From Candidatus Lustribacter sp. (GTDB lineage Bacteria > Vulcanimicrobiota > Vulcanimicrobiia > Vulcanimicrobiales > Vulcanimicrobiaceae), in the NCBI GenBank assembly GCA_965277805.1, contig OZ255842.1, forward strand, positions 928,001 to 992,000: a stretch of 64,000 bases of DNA, given 5' to 3'. Each line of letters starts with the position of its first letter. The stretch's first letter is position 1. Below the pieces are notes generated by a model. It was given only the letters and a program-made list of their open reading frames with translations. It did not search any database and had not been told where the DNA came from. The translations under genes and the position numbers were made by a program. Shown in pieces: positions 28,222 through 37,159 of the stretch.

Positions 28222-30342
28222 ATGGCCGCTGTAGCGTCCCCTGCTCCCAAGCCCCCGAGTCCGACCGTAATGGAACGGATCGCTTCGACTGCCCAGATTT
28301 GGGTAGCCGGGGCTTCGGTCATTCTGGTCGTCTTGATGATCGTGCCCGTGGCGCCATGGGTGCTCGATATTCTGCTGTCGCTGAATATCGCGTTGGCGCT
28401 GGTCATCATGCTAACGTCGCTGTACACGGAGAACGCGCTCGCCTTCAGCGTCTTCCCGACGTTGATCCTGATCGTCACGCTCTTCCGGCTCTCGCTCAAC
28501 ATCAGCGCGACCCGTTCGATTTTGCTGCACGGCTACGCGGGCGAAGTCATCAACCAGTTCGGCGCGATCGTCGTCGGCGGCAACTACGCCGTCGGCCTCG
28601 TGATCTTTGCGATCCTGGTCGTCATCCAGTTCGTGGTCATCACGAACGGTGCCGGCCGCGTCGCTGAAGTCGCGGCCCGCTTCACCTTGGACGCCATGCC
28701 CGGTAAGCAGCTGGCCGTCGACGCCGACCTCAACGCCGGACTGATCACCGAAGCGGAAGCGCGCCAGCGCCGCAAAGACATCCAGCGCTCGGCCGACTTC
28801 TACGGCGCGATGGACGGTGCGTCGAAGTTCGTCCGCGGCGACGCGGTCGCAGCGCTGATCATCGTCTTCGTCAACATCCTCGGCGGCTTCGTCATCGGGA
28901 TCGTGCAGCAAGGGCTCTCGCTCGCGCAGTCGCTGCAAACTTACACGCTGCTGACGATCGGTGAAGGGATCGTCACCCAGATTCCGGCGCTGCTGGTCTC
29001 GACCGCCACCGGTATCATCGTCACCCGTGCGGCTGCCGAGTCGTCGTTCGGCGAAGAGCTGACGAGCCAGCTCGTGCAAGAGCCGCGCGCGCTCGCGATC
29101 GCGGCCGGGCTGCTGGTCCTCTTCGGGCTGTTCGGTCTGCCGACGATCCCGATGTTCATCATGGCCGCGGTGCTCGCGGCGCTGTTCTTCCGGCGGCGCG
29201 CCGCCATTGCGAAAGCGGCGGCGAAACCGGCGCTCGCGCCGGGGGCGGCCACCAACACGCCGGCCGTCAAGCCGGCCGAATCCGTGGTGCCGCTGCTCTC
29301 GTACGATCCGATGGAACTGGAGATCGGCTTCGGCTTGATCCCGCTCGTCGACGTCAGCCAGGGCGGCGATTTGCTCGAGCGCATCACGATGATCCGGCGC
29401 CACGCCGCGCGCGAACTCGGCATCGTGGTTCCGCCAATTCGCGTGCGCGACAATTTGCAGCTCAAGCCGTCGACGTACGTCGTCAAGATTTACGGCCTCG
29501 AGGTCGCGCGCGCCGAAGTGATGGTCAGCCGGCTGCTCGCGATGAATCCCGGCACGGCGACCAACGGCATCGAAGGCATCCCGACCGTCGAGCCGGCGTT
29601 CAACCTGCCGGCACTGTGGATTCCTGAAAGCGGACGCGGCGATGCGGAACTGGCGGGCTACACCGTCATCGATCCCACCAGCGTCATCGCCACGCACCTC
29701 ACCGAGCTGATCAAGACGCACGCGCCGGATCTGCTCGGCCGTCAAGAAACCTCGGCCTTGCTCGACAACGTCAAGCAGCACTACCCGGTCGTCGTCGACG
29801 AACTCGTGCCGGGCCTGCTCACGGTCGGCGAAGTGCAGCGCGTGCTGCAGAATCTCTTGCGCGAGCGCATTCCGATTCGCAACCTGCTGCTGATCCTCGA
29901 GAACCTTGCCGACGGTGCGCGCGCATCGAAGGACGTCGACTTCCTGACCGAACGCGTACGCGCATCGATGGCGCGCCACATCTCGGCGGAATACACCGAG
30001 AACGGCTTGTTGTCGGTCATCACAGTTGACCCGCGACTCGAAACGTTGTTGGGGGAAGCTGCGCGGCGCGGAGAAGACGCCTATGCCTTGCTCGATCCCA
30101 ATACCGTCGCCAAGATCTACGGATCGCTCACCAAACAAATTCAGCACGCGCAGCAAGCGGGTCTGCAGCCGGTCGTGCTCACGTCGCCGCAAACGCGTCT
30201 CGCGCTCAAGCGCCTGACCGAACGCGCGGCCCCGCAACTCGTCGTCTTGTCCTACAGTGAGATCGCGCCAGGCCTGCGGGTCGAGTCGATCGGCCAGATT
30301 TCGACGACCGCTGATGATTCAATCGAGCCGGTTGGAGTGTAA
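28222..30342 (+). CDS. flhA: Flagellar export protein FlhA
   Basis: 'RVAEVAARFTLDAMPGKQ', 'FYGAMDGASKFVRGDA', 'LQNLLRERIPIRNL'. Confidence 0.98.
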   Translation: MAAVASPAPKPPSPTVMERIASTAQIWVAGASVILVVLMIVPVAPWVLDILLSLNIALALVIMLTSLYTENALAFSVFPTLILIVTLFRLSLNISATRSILLHGYAGEVINQFGAIVVGGNYAVGLVIFAILVVIQFVVITNGAGRVAEVAARFTLDAMPGKQLAVDADLNAGLITEAEARQRRKDIQRSADFYGAMDGASKFVRGDAVAALIIVFVNILGGFVIGIVQQGLSLAQSLQTYTLLTIGEGIVTQIPALLVSTATGIIVTRAAAESSFGEELTSQLVQEPRALAIAAGLLVLFGLFGLPTIPMFIMAAVLAALFFRRRAAIAKAAAKPALAPGAATNTPAVKPAESVVPLLSYDPMELEIGFGLIPLVDVSQGGDLLERITMIRRHAARELGIVVPPIRVRDNLQLKPSTYVVKIYGLEVARAEVMVSRLLAMNPGTATNGIEGIPTVEPAFNLPALWIPESGRGDAELAGYTVIDPTSVIATHLTELIKTHAPDLLGRQETSALLDNVKQHYPVVVDELVPGLLTVGEVQRVLQNLLRERIPIRNLLLILENLADGARASKDVDFLTERVRASMARHISAEYTENGLLSVITVDPRLETLLGEAARRGEDAYALLDPNTVAKIYGSLTKQIQHAQQAGLQPVVLTSPQTRLALKRLTERAAPQLVVLSYSEIAPGLRVESIGQISTTADDSIEPVGV

Positions 30343-30345
30343 ACG

Positions 30346-31029
30346 ATGGGCTTTCTAGGATTGTTTGGGAAGGCGGCGCCCTCGACCAAGCAACTCCGCG
30401 AGATGCTCCCATCGCTGCATAGTTTCGTGGACGTCGTGGTTCGCAACGGGCCGAAGGGCTCCGTCTGCTTTGAAAACGCGGGCACCAAGACGTTCACGAC
30501 GAGCGTGCTGCCGGGCATGTCGCCCGGACAGCAAGTGAGCTTCAATTACTCAAACACGGGCGGCAAATACCGCTTCAGCGCGGCGATCAAATCGGTCGAC
30601 GATAAGCAAGCCACCTACGAGATGCCCGGCAAGATCGAGACCGTGCAGAAGTTCGGCGGCACGCGCAAGCGCACGACCGTGCGCATCGATACGACCGTTT
30701 CGGTGCAATGGCGGTATGGCTCGACCGGCAAGATCGAAAGCGAATGGCAGAAGGGCGTGCTGAGCGATATCAGCCGCAACGGCTCGTCGCTGGCCTGCGA
30801 CCGCGAGATCAAGACCGGCAATATCATCGAGTTGAAGATTCCGCTCGCAACGGACGGCGGCGCGCCGATCCTCGTGCGCGGCGATGCCCGGCGCATCGAC
30901 AAGATCGAGAACACGTCGAAGTACAACGTGGGCCTGGCCTTCCATCCGCTCCGGCCCGAAGCGGAACGCGCCATCATCGAGTTCATCAATCGCCGTCAAG
31001 TCGACCTACGCAACCGCGGCCTCGGTTAA
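30346..31029 (+). CDS. PilZ-domain flagellar brake protein (YcgR/MotI-like)
   Basis: c-di-GMP motifs RxxxR ('RKRTTVR') and DxSxxG ('DISRNG'). Confidence 0.82.
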   Translation: MGFLGLFGKAAPSTKQLREMLPSLHSFVDVVVRNGPKGSVCFENAGTKTFTTSVLPGMSPGQQVSFNYSNTGGKYRFSAAIKSVDDKQATYEMPGKIETVQKFGGTRKRTTVRIDTTVSVQWRYGSTGKIESEWQKGVLSDISRNGSSLACDREIKTGNIIELKIPLATDGGAPILVRGDARRIDKIENTSKYNVGLAFHPLRPEAERAIIEFINRRQVDLRNRGLG

Positions 31030-31050
31030 CCCCGGGGCTCGAACCGCAGG

Positions 31051-31317
31051 GTGGCGAATAGCGTGAATGTGACCGAGACCCAATTGAATGGCGCTCCGCC
31101 GCCGAGTGCGGAGCCGGCCGCTAACCGGACCAACGTTGCCGCGCGCACCGCGATTTGGACGGGCGTCGCACTGGGTGCCGCCGCCACGGCGACCGTGGCG
31201 TTTTTCGTCGTGCGCGCCATGTGGCAGAAACGGGCGCCGGACGAGACGTCGGAGCGCATCCAGTCGCTCATCGATGAAGCCAATCGTCTGATCCGCACGC
31301 TCGAAGAGAAGAAGTAA
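31051..31317 (+). CDS. Small single-pass membrane protein with a C-terminal coiled coil (YtxH-like architecture)
   Basis: TM 'IWTGVALGAAATATVAFFVV' followed by an amphipathic helix; fills the gap between PilZ and rlmD. Confidence 0.6.
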   Translation: MANSVNVTETQLNGAPPPSAEPAANRTNVAARTAIWTGVALGAAATATVAFFVVRAMWQKRAPDETSERIQSLIDEANRLIRTLEEKK

Positions 31318-31319
31318 CC

Positions 31320-32657
31320 ATGGTGACCGGCCTCAAGCCGGGAGCCGTCGGAGTGGTCGAGTTTTCCGACCTGCTGGCCAACGGGCAGGCCGTCGGGCGA
31401 TTCGACGGGATGGTCGTGTTCGTCGACGGACCGTTGCCGGGCGAACGCGCCCGCATCCGGTTGACCGAGGTGAAGGCGAAATACGCAGTCGGCGAAGTAC
31501 TCGAACGCGAGACGACCTCGCCCGACCGCGCCGAACCGTTCTGTCCCGTCTTCGGTGCCTGTGGCGGCTGTCAGGTGCAGCACCTCTCGTATCCGGCGCA
31601 GCTCGGGTGGAAGCACCGGATCGTCAAGGACGCGCTGCTGCGCATCGGTGGGTTTTCGGACCTCGCGGTCAACGAGCCGATCGGCATGGACGTGCCGCGC
31701 GCGTACCGCAATAAGATGGCGCTGGTCGTGGAAGACGGCGTATTCGGTTTCTACCGCGCGCGTTCGCACGAATTGGTGCCGATCGATCATTGCCCGATCG
31801 TGCTCGAACCGCTCGATGCGGCGATCGGCGGTCTGCTCGCGGCTGCGCACGCGCCGGAAACGTCGGCGGCGTTCAGCAACGTCAAGCACGTCGTGATGCG
31901 CGCCGGCTTGACGTCGCCCAACAGCGTGCTCTCGCTAACGACCGATACGAAGTCGGCCGCGATCGCCGCCGCAGCGCCGCAGATCGCCGAGCGCATCGAG
32001 GGTGTCGGCGGGATCAGCAACTCGTACGAACCGGCGAATGCGAACGCGGTGATCGGCCGCCGCATGGACTTCGTCTGGGGCAAACGCGAGATGGAAGAGA
32101 CGATCGAAAACGTTCGTTTCCGCGTCTCGCCGGCGTCCTTCTTCCAGATCAACGGTGCTATGGTGGCGTCGATCTTTCGCGCGCTCGCACCGCTGATCGC
32201 GGGCACGCCGCGCATCGTCGACCTCTATTGCGGGGCCGGGACGTTCGCGATCTACTTCGCCTCGCGCGGCGCCTCCGTCGTCGGGATCGAAGAGAACGCG
32301 TCGGCCGTAACCGAAGCGCGCGGCAACGCTCGCCTCAACAAAGTCGAAGACCGCGTGCGATTCGTGCAGGGCCGCGTCGAGGGCGCGCTCGCGAACGAAG
32401 AAGGCCGCAAGGCATTGCGTGAGGCCGAGATCGTGTTCTTGGATCCGCCGCGCAAGGGCAGCGACGAGGCGACGCTGGCCGCGCTTGCCGATGCGAAGGT
32501 GCCGGCGATTTGGTATCTCTCGTGCAATCCGGCGACCTTGGCGCGCGACTTGCGTTACCTCGCCGGCCGCGGTTACGGCATCGGTTTGGTCCAGCCGTTC
32601 GATATGTTCCCGCAAACGGGGCACGTCGAGACGCTGGTGACGCTCACTCGAAAATGA
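31320..32657 (+). CDS. rlmD: 23S rRNA (uracil-1939-C5)-methyltransferase
   Basis: TRAM domain, Fe-S 'CPVFGACGGC', 'SFFQIN', 'DLYCGAG', 'DPPRKG', 'YLSCNPATLARD', 'DMFPQTGHVE'. Confidence 0.95.
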   Translation: MVTGLKPGAVGVVEFSDLLANGQAVGRFDGMVVFVDGPLPGERARIRLTEVKAKYAVGEVLERETTSPDRAEPFCPVFGACGGCQVQHLSYPAQLGWKHRIVKDALLRIGGFSDLAVNEPIGMDVPRAYRNKMALVVEDGVFGFYRARSHELVPIDHCPIVLEPLDAAIGGLLAAAHAPETSAAFSNVKHVVMRAGLTSPNSVLSLTTDTKSAAIAAAAPQIAERIEGVGGISNSYEPANANAVIGRRMDFVWGKREMEETIENVRFRVSPASFFQINGAMVASIFRALAPLIAGTPRIVDLYCGAGTFAIYFASRGASVVGIEENASAVTEARGNARLNKVEDRVRFVQGRVEGALANEEGRKALREAEIVFLDPPRKGSDEATLAALADAKVPAIWYLSCNPATLARDLRYLAGRGYGIGLVQPFDMFPQTGHVETLVTLTRK

Positions 32658-33114
32658 CGTCGTAAGCGAACGTCATGCGCCCGCCGGGCACAAGCGGTGC
32701 CGGCGCGCTCCAGCGAATCGCATCGAATTCCGACGGCAGTGCGCGGCGCAGCGTCGTGGCGCCCCCGGGATTCGTCACGCGCACCATCGGCGCGGCGGCC
32801 CACGTTTTGCCGCCGTCGACCGAATACTCGGCGTTTGAACCGGCCGTACCGTCGACGTAGCGTTCACCGGCCGGAATCTTGACGACCGGTGAGAGGTTCG
32901 CCGCGGGGCGGTCGCCGGCGTTGTGTGCTACGATCGTGTAGCGCACGCGCTGGCCGGGTTTGGTGATACCGCTCACCGGCTTTGATACGAGATTGCCGCT
33001 TTGCGCTTCAATCAACGATGCCGACTGCACGAGTTCGACGAGCGCAGCTGCGCGTGCCGCGCAGGGAATCAACCCGAACATTAAGGCGGCGAACGCAATC
33101 GCTATCGATTTCAC
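32644..33114 (-). CDS. Secreted single DUF11-like Ig-domain protein
   Basis: Signal peptide (ARA); 'PGQRVRYTIVAHNAG', 'YSVDGG', 'IRW...LVPGGRMTFAYDV'. Confidence 0.8.
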   Translation of the reverse strand: MKSIAIAFAALMFGLIPCAARAAALVELVQSASLIEAQSGNLVSKPVSGITKPGQRVRYTIVAHNAGDRPAANLSPVVKIPAGERYVDGTAGSNAEYSVDGGKTWAAAPMVRVTNPGGATTLRRALPSEFDAIRWSAPAPLVPGGRMTFAYDVIFE

Positions 33115-33299
33115 TGCAACTTGTTTCCGCGATTAACGCTCGCGTTCTTTTGCAACGTGGCACGTGCCACCGGACTTTACGTAAACCATGCATTCGTTTG
33201 CTTTGAATAGGGTGGACAAGCGAGTGCTGGTCACCTAGCATAGCCGAGTGCCCGAATGCTCGATGCATCTCAGGCGCGCGATTCACGGAGGAGTCCTGG

Positions 33300-35723
33300 T
33301 TGACGGCGTTTTTACGTCGTCGAGTTTATGTTGTTCTCGCGATCGCTTGTATCGCGATGCTCTTCGTCTTTGCCGGCGAGACCGTCGCGCGAGCCGCGAC
33401 GGCAGCCGGCACGACGATCAACAATTCAGCGAGCGCGACCTATGTCGACCCCGCCGTTCCAGGAACGACTCTTTCAACGACGTCGAACGTCGTTACCATC
33501 CGCGTTGCGGAAGTCGCGGGCATCACCGTCGTAGCGCACGCGATCGGCGCGGTCGGCGGCGGCGTGATCGTGCCGGGCGGACAGGTGAACTTCGACTTCA
33601 CCGTCACCAACACGGGCAACAACACCAATAGCTTCTCGATTCCCAACACCGCGCTCGTCAGCGGCACGGCCGGTTCGACAATTGTCGGAACGCCGCAGAT
33701 CAGTTACGACAACGGCGTGACGTGGACGCCGCTCGCGACCGCCGCCGGAACGTTCAGCGGCAGCGGCACCACCGCGCGTCTGCAGACGACGCCGATCGCG
33801 CCCAACGGCACGGTGCTCGTACGCATCGTCACGAGCGTTCCGGCCGGTGCGACGCAGTCGTCGACGATCAACGTACAGCTCGGCAATACGGGGCCGAACG
33901 ACAACAGCGCCGCGACGCAAAATCAGAATTACAACGCGGGCGACGCGGGCAACGTCTTCACGACCAACAACGCCGGGACGCCGCCGCCGGGGCCGCCGCT
34001 CAACGGTCAGCGCGAAGCGGCCGCGCTCTCGTCCACGACCGTCACCGCGCGGCCGCAGGCGTTCGCCCAGATCCTCAAGAGCGGCGCGATCGCAACCGCC
34101 AATATCAACCCGCAACTGAGCACGGTCACCTACTCGCTCACGCTCAACGTGCTCGCGAGCTACCCGAGCGCCGGGCCGGCCTATATCGCCGCGCCGTTGA
34201 CCGGAACGCCGATCTTGCTCAATGGTGCCGCCGCTACGCGCGTGCTCGTTTCCGACGTCGTGCCGGCGCAAACGGTGCTGAGCGCGGTCGCGACGCCGCC
34301 GCCGGGCTGGACCGTCATCTACTCGACCGACATCACCAGCGTTGCGAACGTCGCATCGTTCACGAGCACCGCGCCGCCGAGTTTGAGTACGGTGAAACGC
34401 ATCGGCTGGATCGCGCCCGGACCGGTTCCGCTCGGCGCGTCGGTCACGGGATTCAACTTCACCGTTCTCGCGAGCGGCGTTCCGTCCAACGCGTCGAGCA
34501 CGCTGCTCAACTTGGCGCAAGTGTTCGGTCAATCGCAGGGCGATGCGACGAATCTGCTGGTCTACGATCAGTCCGGCGATCAGGAACCGAGCCAATTCAC
34601 GGCCGGTAACGGCACGCCCGGTTCGAGCACGCCGCTCGGCACGGCGCCGTCGAACGGCGTTGCCCCGGCATCCGGACCCAACGATCCGGGCGCGAATACC
34701 GGCGGCGCCGGCGGCGACAACAACGTCGTCCCGCTCAACCCGCAGACCTCGCTCGTCAACGGACCCAACGGCGTGCCGGGCGCGGTCGGTTCCGACGGCA
34801 CGACGACGACCGACGTCACGTATCAGTCGGTGACGGTGCCGCAGGGTTTGGCGCCGGCATCCGGGCTGCCTAGCCCGCTCCAATCGACGTTCACCAATAG
34901 CGTCGGCAACCAGGGCACGGTGCCGCTCCAAAACGTGACGCTCGTGCCGCAATCACCGGCCGTCGCAAACGCGCTGCCCAACGGCACGACGGCGGCGATC
35001 TCGTGGGGCGGTCAGTCCGTTCCGGCGCTCTACACCTACACGGCATCCGGCGGCTGGGTGCTCACGAGCGGAACCGCGATCTCGATACCCACGATCGCGG
35101 CGAGCGGCGTACAGAACTACACCGTCGTCGTCACGCTGCCGGCGGGCACCGCGCAATCGACCAACGGCGGCGTCGCAGCCGGCGGATTCGGGATCCCGAT
35201 CCTGGCTGCGTCGACCACCGGCTTTGGTGCGAGCTCGAACCTCACGACCGATACCGTCTTCACCGGCTTCGTCAAGCTCACGAAACTCGCGCAGGTGTTC
35301 AACGCCGACGGCTCGCCGTGCGACGTCGCGCCGGTGGCCGCACCGAATCCGGCGTGCGTCGTCGCCGGTAATTTCGTGCAATACACGATCCAGTACTCGA
35401 ACATCATCCCGGCGGCGAGCGGTAGCGGCAGTTCCGCGCCGAGCGCGCTGCGGATGGTGATCACCGAGGACGGCGCCGCGGCTCCCAACACGTTCGCGAC
35501 GCTGCTCGACGGCGTGGTCGTGACCAGTCACGTCAAGGGTTCTGCGACGGATACGCTCGCGGCTAACGTCATTACGTTCTTCAACGCGGTTGGGCAGAAC
35601 GTCGGCGACATCGCGGGCAGCGGCACCGCGACGGGCGACGTGACGAAGTACATCGACACGTTCGCCGCGCCGCTCGCGCCGGGCGCAACCGGCACGTTCA
35701 CCTTCAAGCGGAAGATCAACTGA
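33300..35723 (+). CDS. Large secreted DUF11-type beta-sandwich protein (putative major fibre subunit)
   Basis: SD GGAGGAG, signal peptide, N-terminal 'AGTTINNSASATY', 'FTVTNTGN', C-terminal 'LAPGATGTFTFKRKIN'. Confidence 0.8.
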   Translation: MTAFLRRRVYVVLAIACIAMLFVFAGETVARAATAAGTTINNSASATYVDPAVPGTTLSTTSNVVTIRVAEVAGITVVAHAIGAVGGGVIVPGGQVNFDFTVTNTGNNTNSFSIPNTALVSGTAGSTIVGTPQISYDNGVTWTPLATAAGTFSGSGTTARLQTTPIAPNGTVLVRIVTSVPAGATQSSTINVQLGNTGPNDNSAATQNQNYNAGDAGNVFTTNNAGTPPPGPPLNGQREAAALSSTTVTARPQAFAQILKSGAIATANINPQLSTVTYSLTLNVLASYPSAGPAYIAAPLTGTPILLNGAAATRVLVSDVVPAQTVLSAVATPPPGWTVIYSTDITSVANVASFTSTAPPSLSTVKRIGWIAPGPVPLGASVTGFNFTVLASGVPSNASSTLLNLAQVFGQSQGDATNLLVYDQSGDQEPSQFTAGNGTPGSSTPLGTAPSNGVAPASGPNDPGANTGGAGGDNNVVPLNPQTSLVNGPNGVPGAVGSDGTTTTDVTYQSVTVPQGLAPASGLPSPLQSTFTNSVGNQGTVPLQNVTLVPQSPAVANALPNGTTAAISWGGQSVPALYTYTASGGWVLTSGTAISIPTIAASGVQNYTVVVTLPAGTAQSTNGGVAAGGFGIPILAASTTGFGASSNLTTDTVFTGFVKLTKLAQVFNADGSPCDVAPVAAPNPACVVAGNFVQYTIQYSNIIPAASGSGSSAPSALRMVITEDGAAAPNTFATLLDGVVVTSHVKGSATDTLAANVITFFNAVGQNVGDIAGSGTATGDVTKYIDTFAAPLAPGATGTFTFKRKIN

Positions 35724-37159
35724 TGGCGCGCATCGTTCGCAGCGCGCTGGCGCTGATCGCCGCTCTCACGCTCGCAACGGCCGCACCGTTCGTGGTCTCG
35801 GCCGCGCCGACGCTGGTCAATGCCGCTTCGGCTTCGTACGATCCCGGCAACGGGACGCTCGTGCAAGTGCAGTCGCCGAGCACGCTGACGCAGGCGAACC
35901 CCTCGCTGACCGTCACCTCCGCGATCACCGCGTGTCAGGGCGGACCGCTCACCGATTACACCGGCTGGAGCATCGGGCTCTACAACGCCGATGCGCTGGG
36001 CAATCCCACCACGGCGCTCGCGCTGACGCGCACACAGCTGCCGGTGTTGCCGGCGGTTCCGCTGCCGGCCGGCATCGCGCCGAACAACCAGAACCTCGAC
36101 CCGTTCACGGTGACGAACGGTAACGTCGGGATCTACGCGTTCCTGCTCGACACTGCGACCGGCGAAACGGCACCGCAAACGTTCGTCTTGATCACCAACG
36201 CACCGGCGACGTCGTCGCTGCCGAAGCGCCGCGTCAAGATCGTGCTCGGCGCGACCACCGGCGCAAATGTGGCGTATACCGCGACCGCGCTCGACAATAT
36301 GGCCGTCAATGCCCTCTCGCCGGCGCAAACGGTCACCGGCACGTTCCCCATCGTGCGCACGAGCGCGAACGGAAACTTCGCGGTCTTCCAGCTCGCCGTG
36401 AGCGAGTGCCCGAGCAACGCCATCGGCATCACCAAGACGGCGAACGTCACGACGGCGCAGGTCGGCGATACGGTCGTCTATTCGGTTGCGGTCACGAACC
36501 AGTCGCTGAGCGCGATCACGGCGCCGACGATCACCGACATTCTGCCGCTCGGTTTCGTCTACGTCAACGGCTCCGTCCGCGCCGGCCTTGCGAATTCGGC
36601 CGTGCCGGCGACCGCGACCGTCGCTGGCGGCCGTCTCGTGATGACGACCACGGCCTCGATTCCCGCGGCGTCGGTGCTGACGTTCGTCTACGCGACGGTG
36701 CTCTCACCCGACGCTCTCAAGGGCACGGGGCAGAACGTCGCCGTCGCCGACGGCACGCTCGGCTCATCACCCGTGCACGGCGGGCCCGCGACGTTCACGC
36801 TCAAGGTCGATCCCGGCTTGTTGAGCGACTGCGGCACGATCATCGGCCGCGTGTACGTCGACAAGCCGCTGCAGGGCATCGACCGGCGTCAACAGCCCGG
36901 CGTTCCGGATGCGGTCGTGTTCTTCGACGACGGCGTGCGGGTGAAGACCGACAAGAACGGGCTCTATCACTATCCGGGCTGCGCGCATCCGGGCTGGCGC
37001 ACGGCGGCGCTCGATCTCACCAGCGTGCCGGGGATGACGCTCGCGCCGAACATCTACATCGCGGCGCGCAACGGCCAATCGCAGTGGGCACATCTCGAGC
37101 CGAGCGGTTTGGTGAAGATCAACTTCGCCGTCGTGCCGGCCAAGGGCGCCGCGAAGTGA
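35723..37159 (+). CDS. Secreted DUF11 + SdrD-B-like domain protein
   Basis: 'ITKTANVTTAQVGDTVVYSVAVTN...ITDILPLGFVYV'; 'IIGRVYVD...GVPDAVVFFDDG...TDKNGLY'. Confidence 0.8.
   Translation: MARIVRSALALIAALTLATAAPFVVSAAPTLVNAASASYDPGNGTLVQVQSPSTLTQANPSLTVTSAITACQGGPLTDYTGWSIGLYNADALGNPTTALALTRTQLPVLPAVPLPAGIAPNNQNLDPFTVTNGNVGIYAFLLDTATGETAPQTFVLITNAPATSSLPKRRVKIVLGATTGANVAYTATALDNMAVNALSPAQTVTGTFPIVRTSANGNFAVFQLAVSECPSNAIGITKTANVTTAQVGDTVVYSVAVTNQSLSAITAPTITDILPLGFVYVNGSVRAGLANSAVPATATVAGGRLVMTTTASIPAASVLTFVYATVLSPDALKGTGQNVAVADGTLGSSPVHGGPATFTLKVDPGLLSDCGTIIGRVYVDKPLQGIDRRQQPGVPDAVVFFDDGVRVKTDKNGLYHYPGCAHPGWRTAALDLTSVPGMTLAPNIYIAARNGQSQWAHLEPSGLVKINFAVVPAKGAAK

Noticed and set aside
33148-33172. 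Possible sigma54 promoter (TGGCAC...TTGC) on the - strand
   Set aside because: The spacing between TGGCAC and TTGC is 8 nt rather than the required 5.
36406-37155. 250-aa Arg-rich N-terminal extension of the 1383-aa ORF
   Set aside because: It overlaps the DUF11 gene in another frame. The real start is the GTG at 37156, which overlaps the upstream stop and is followed by a signal peptide.
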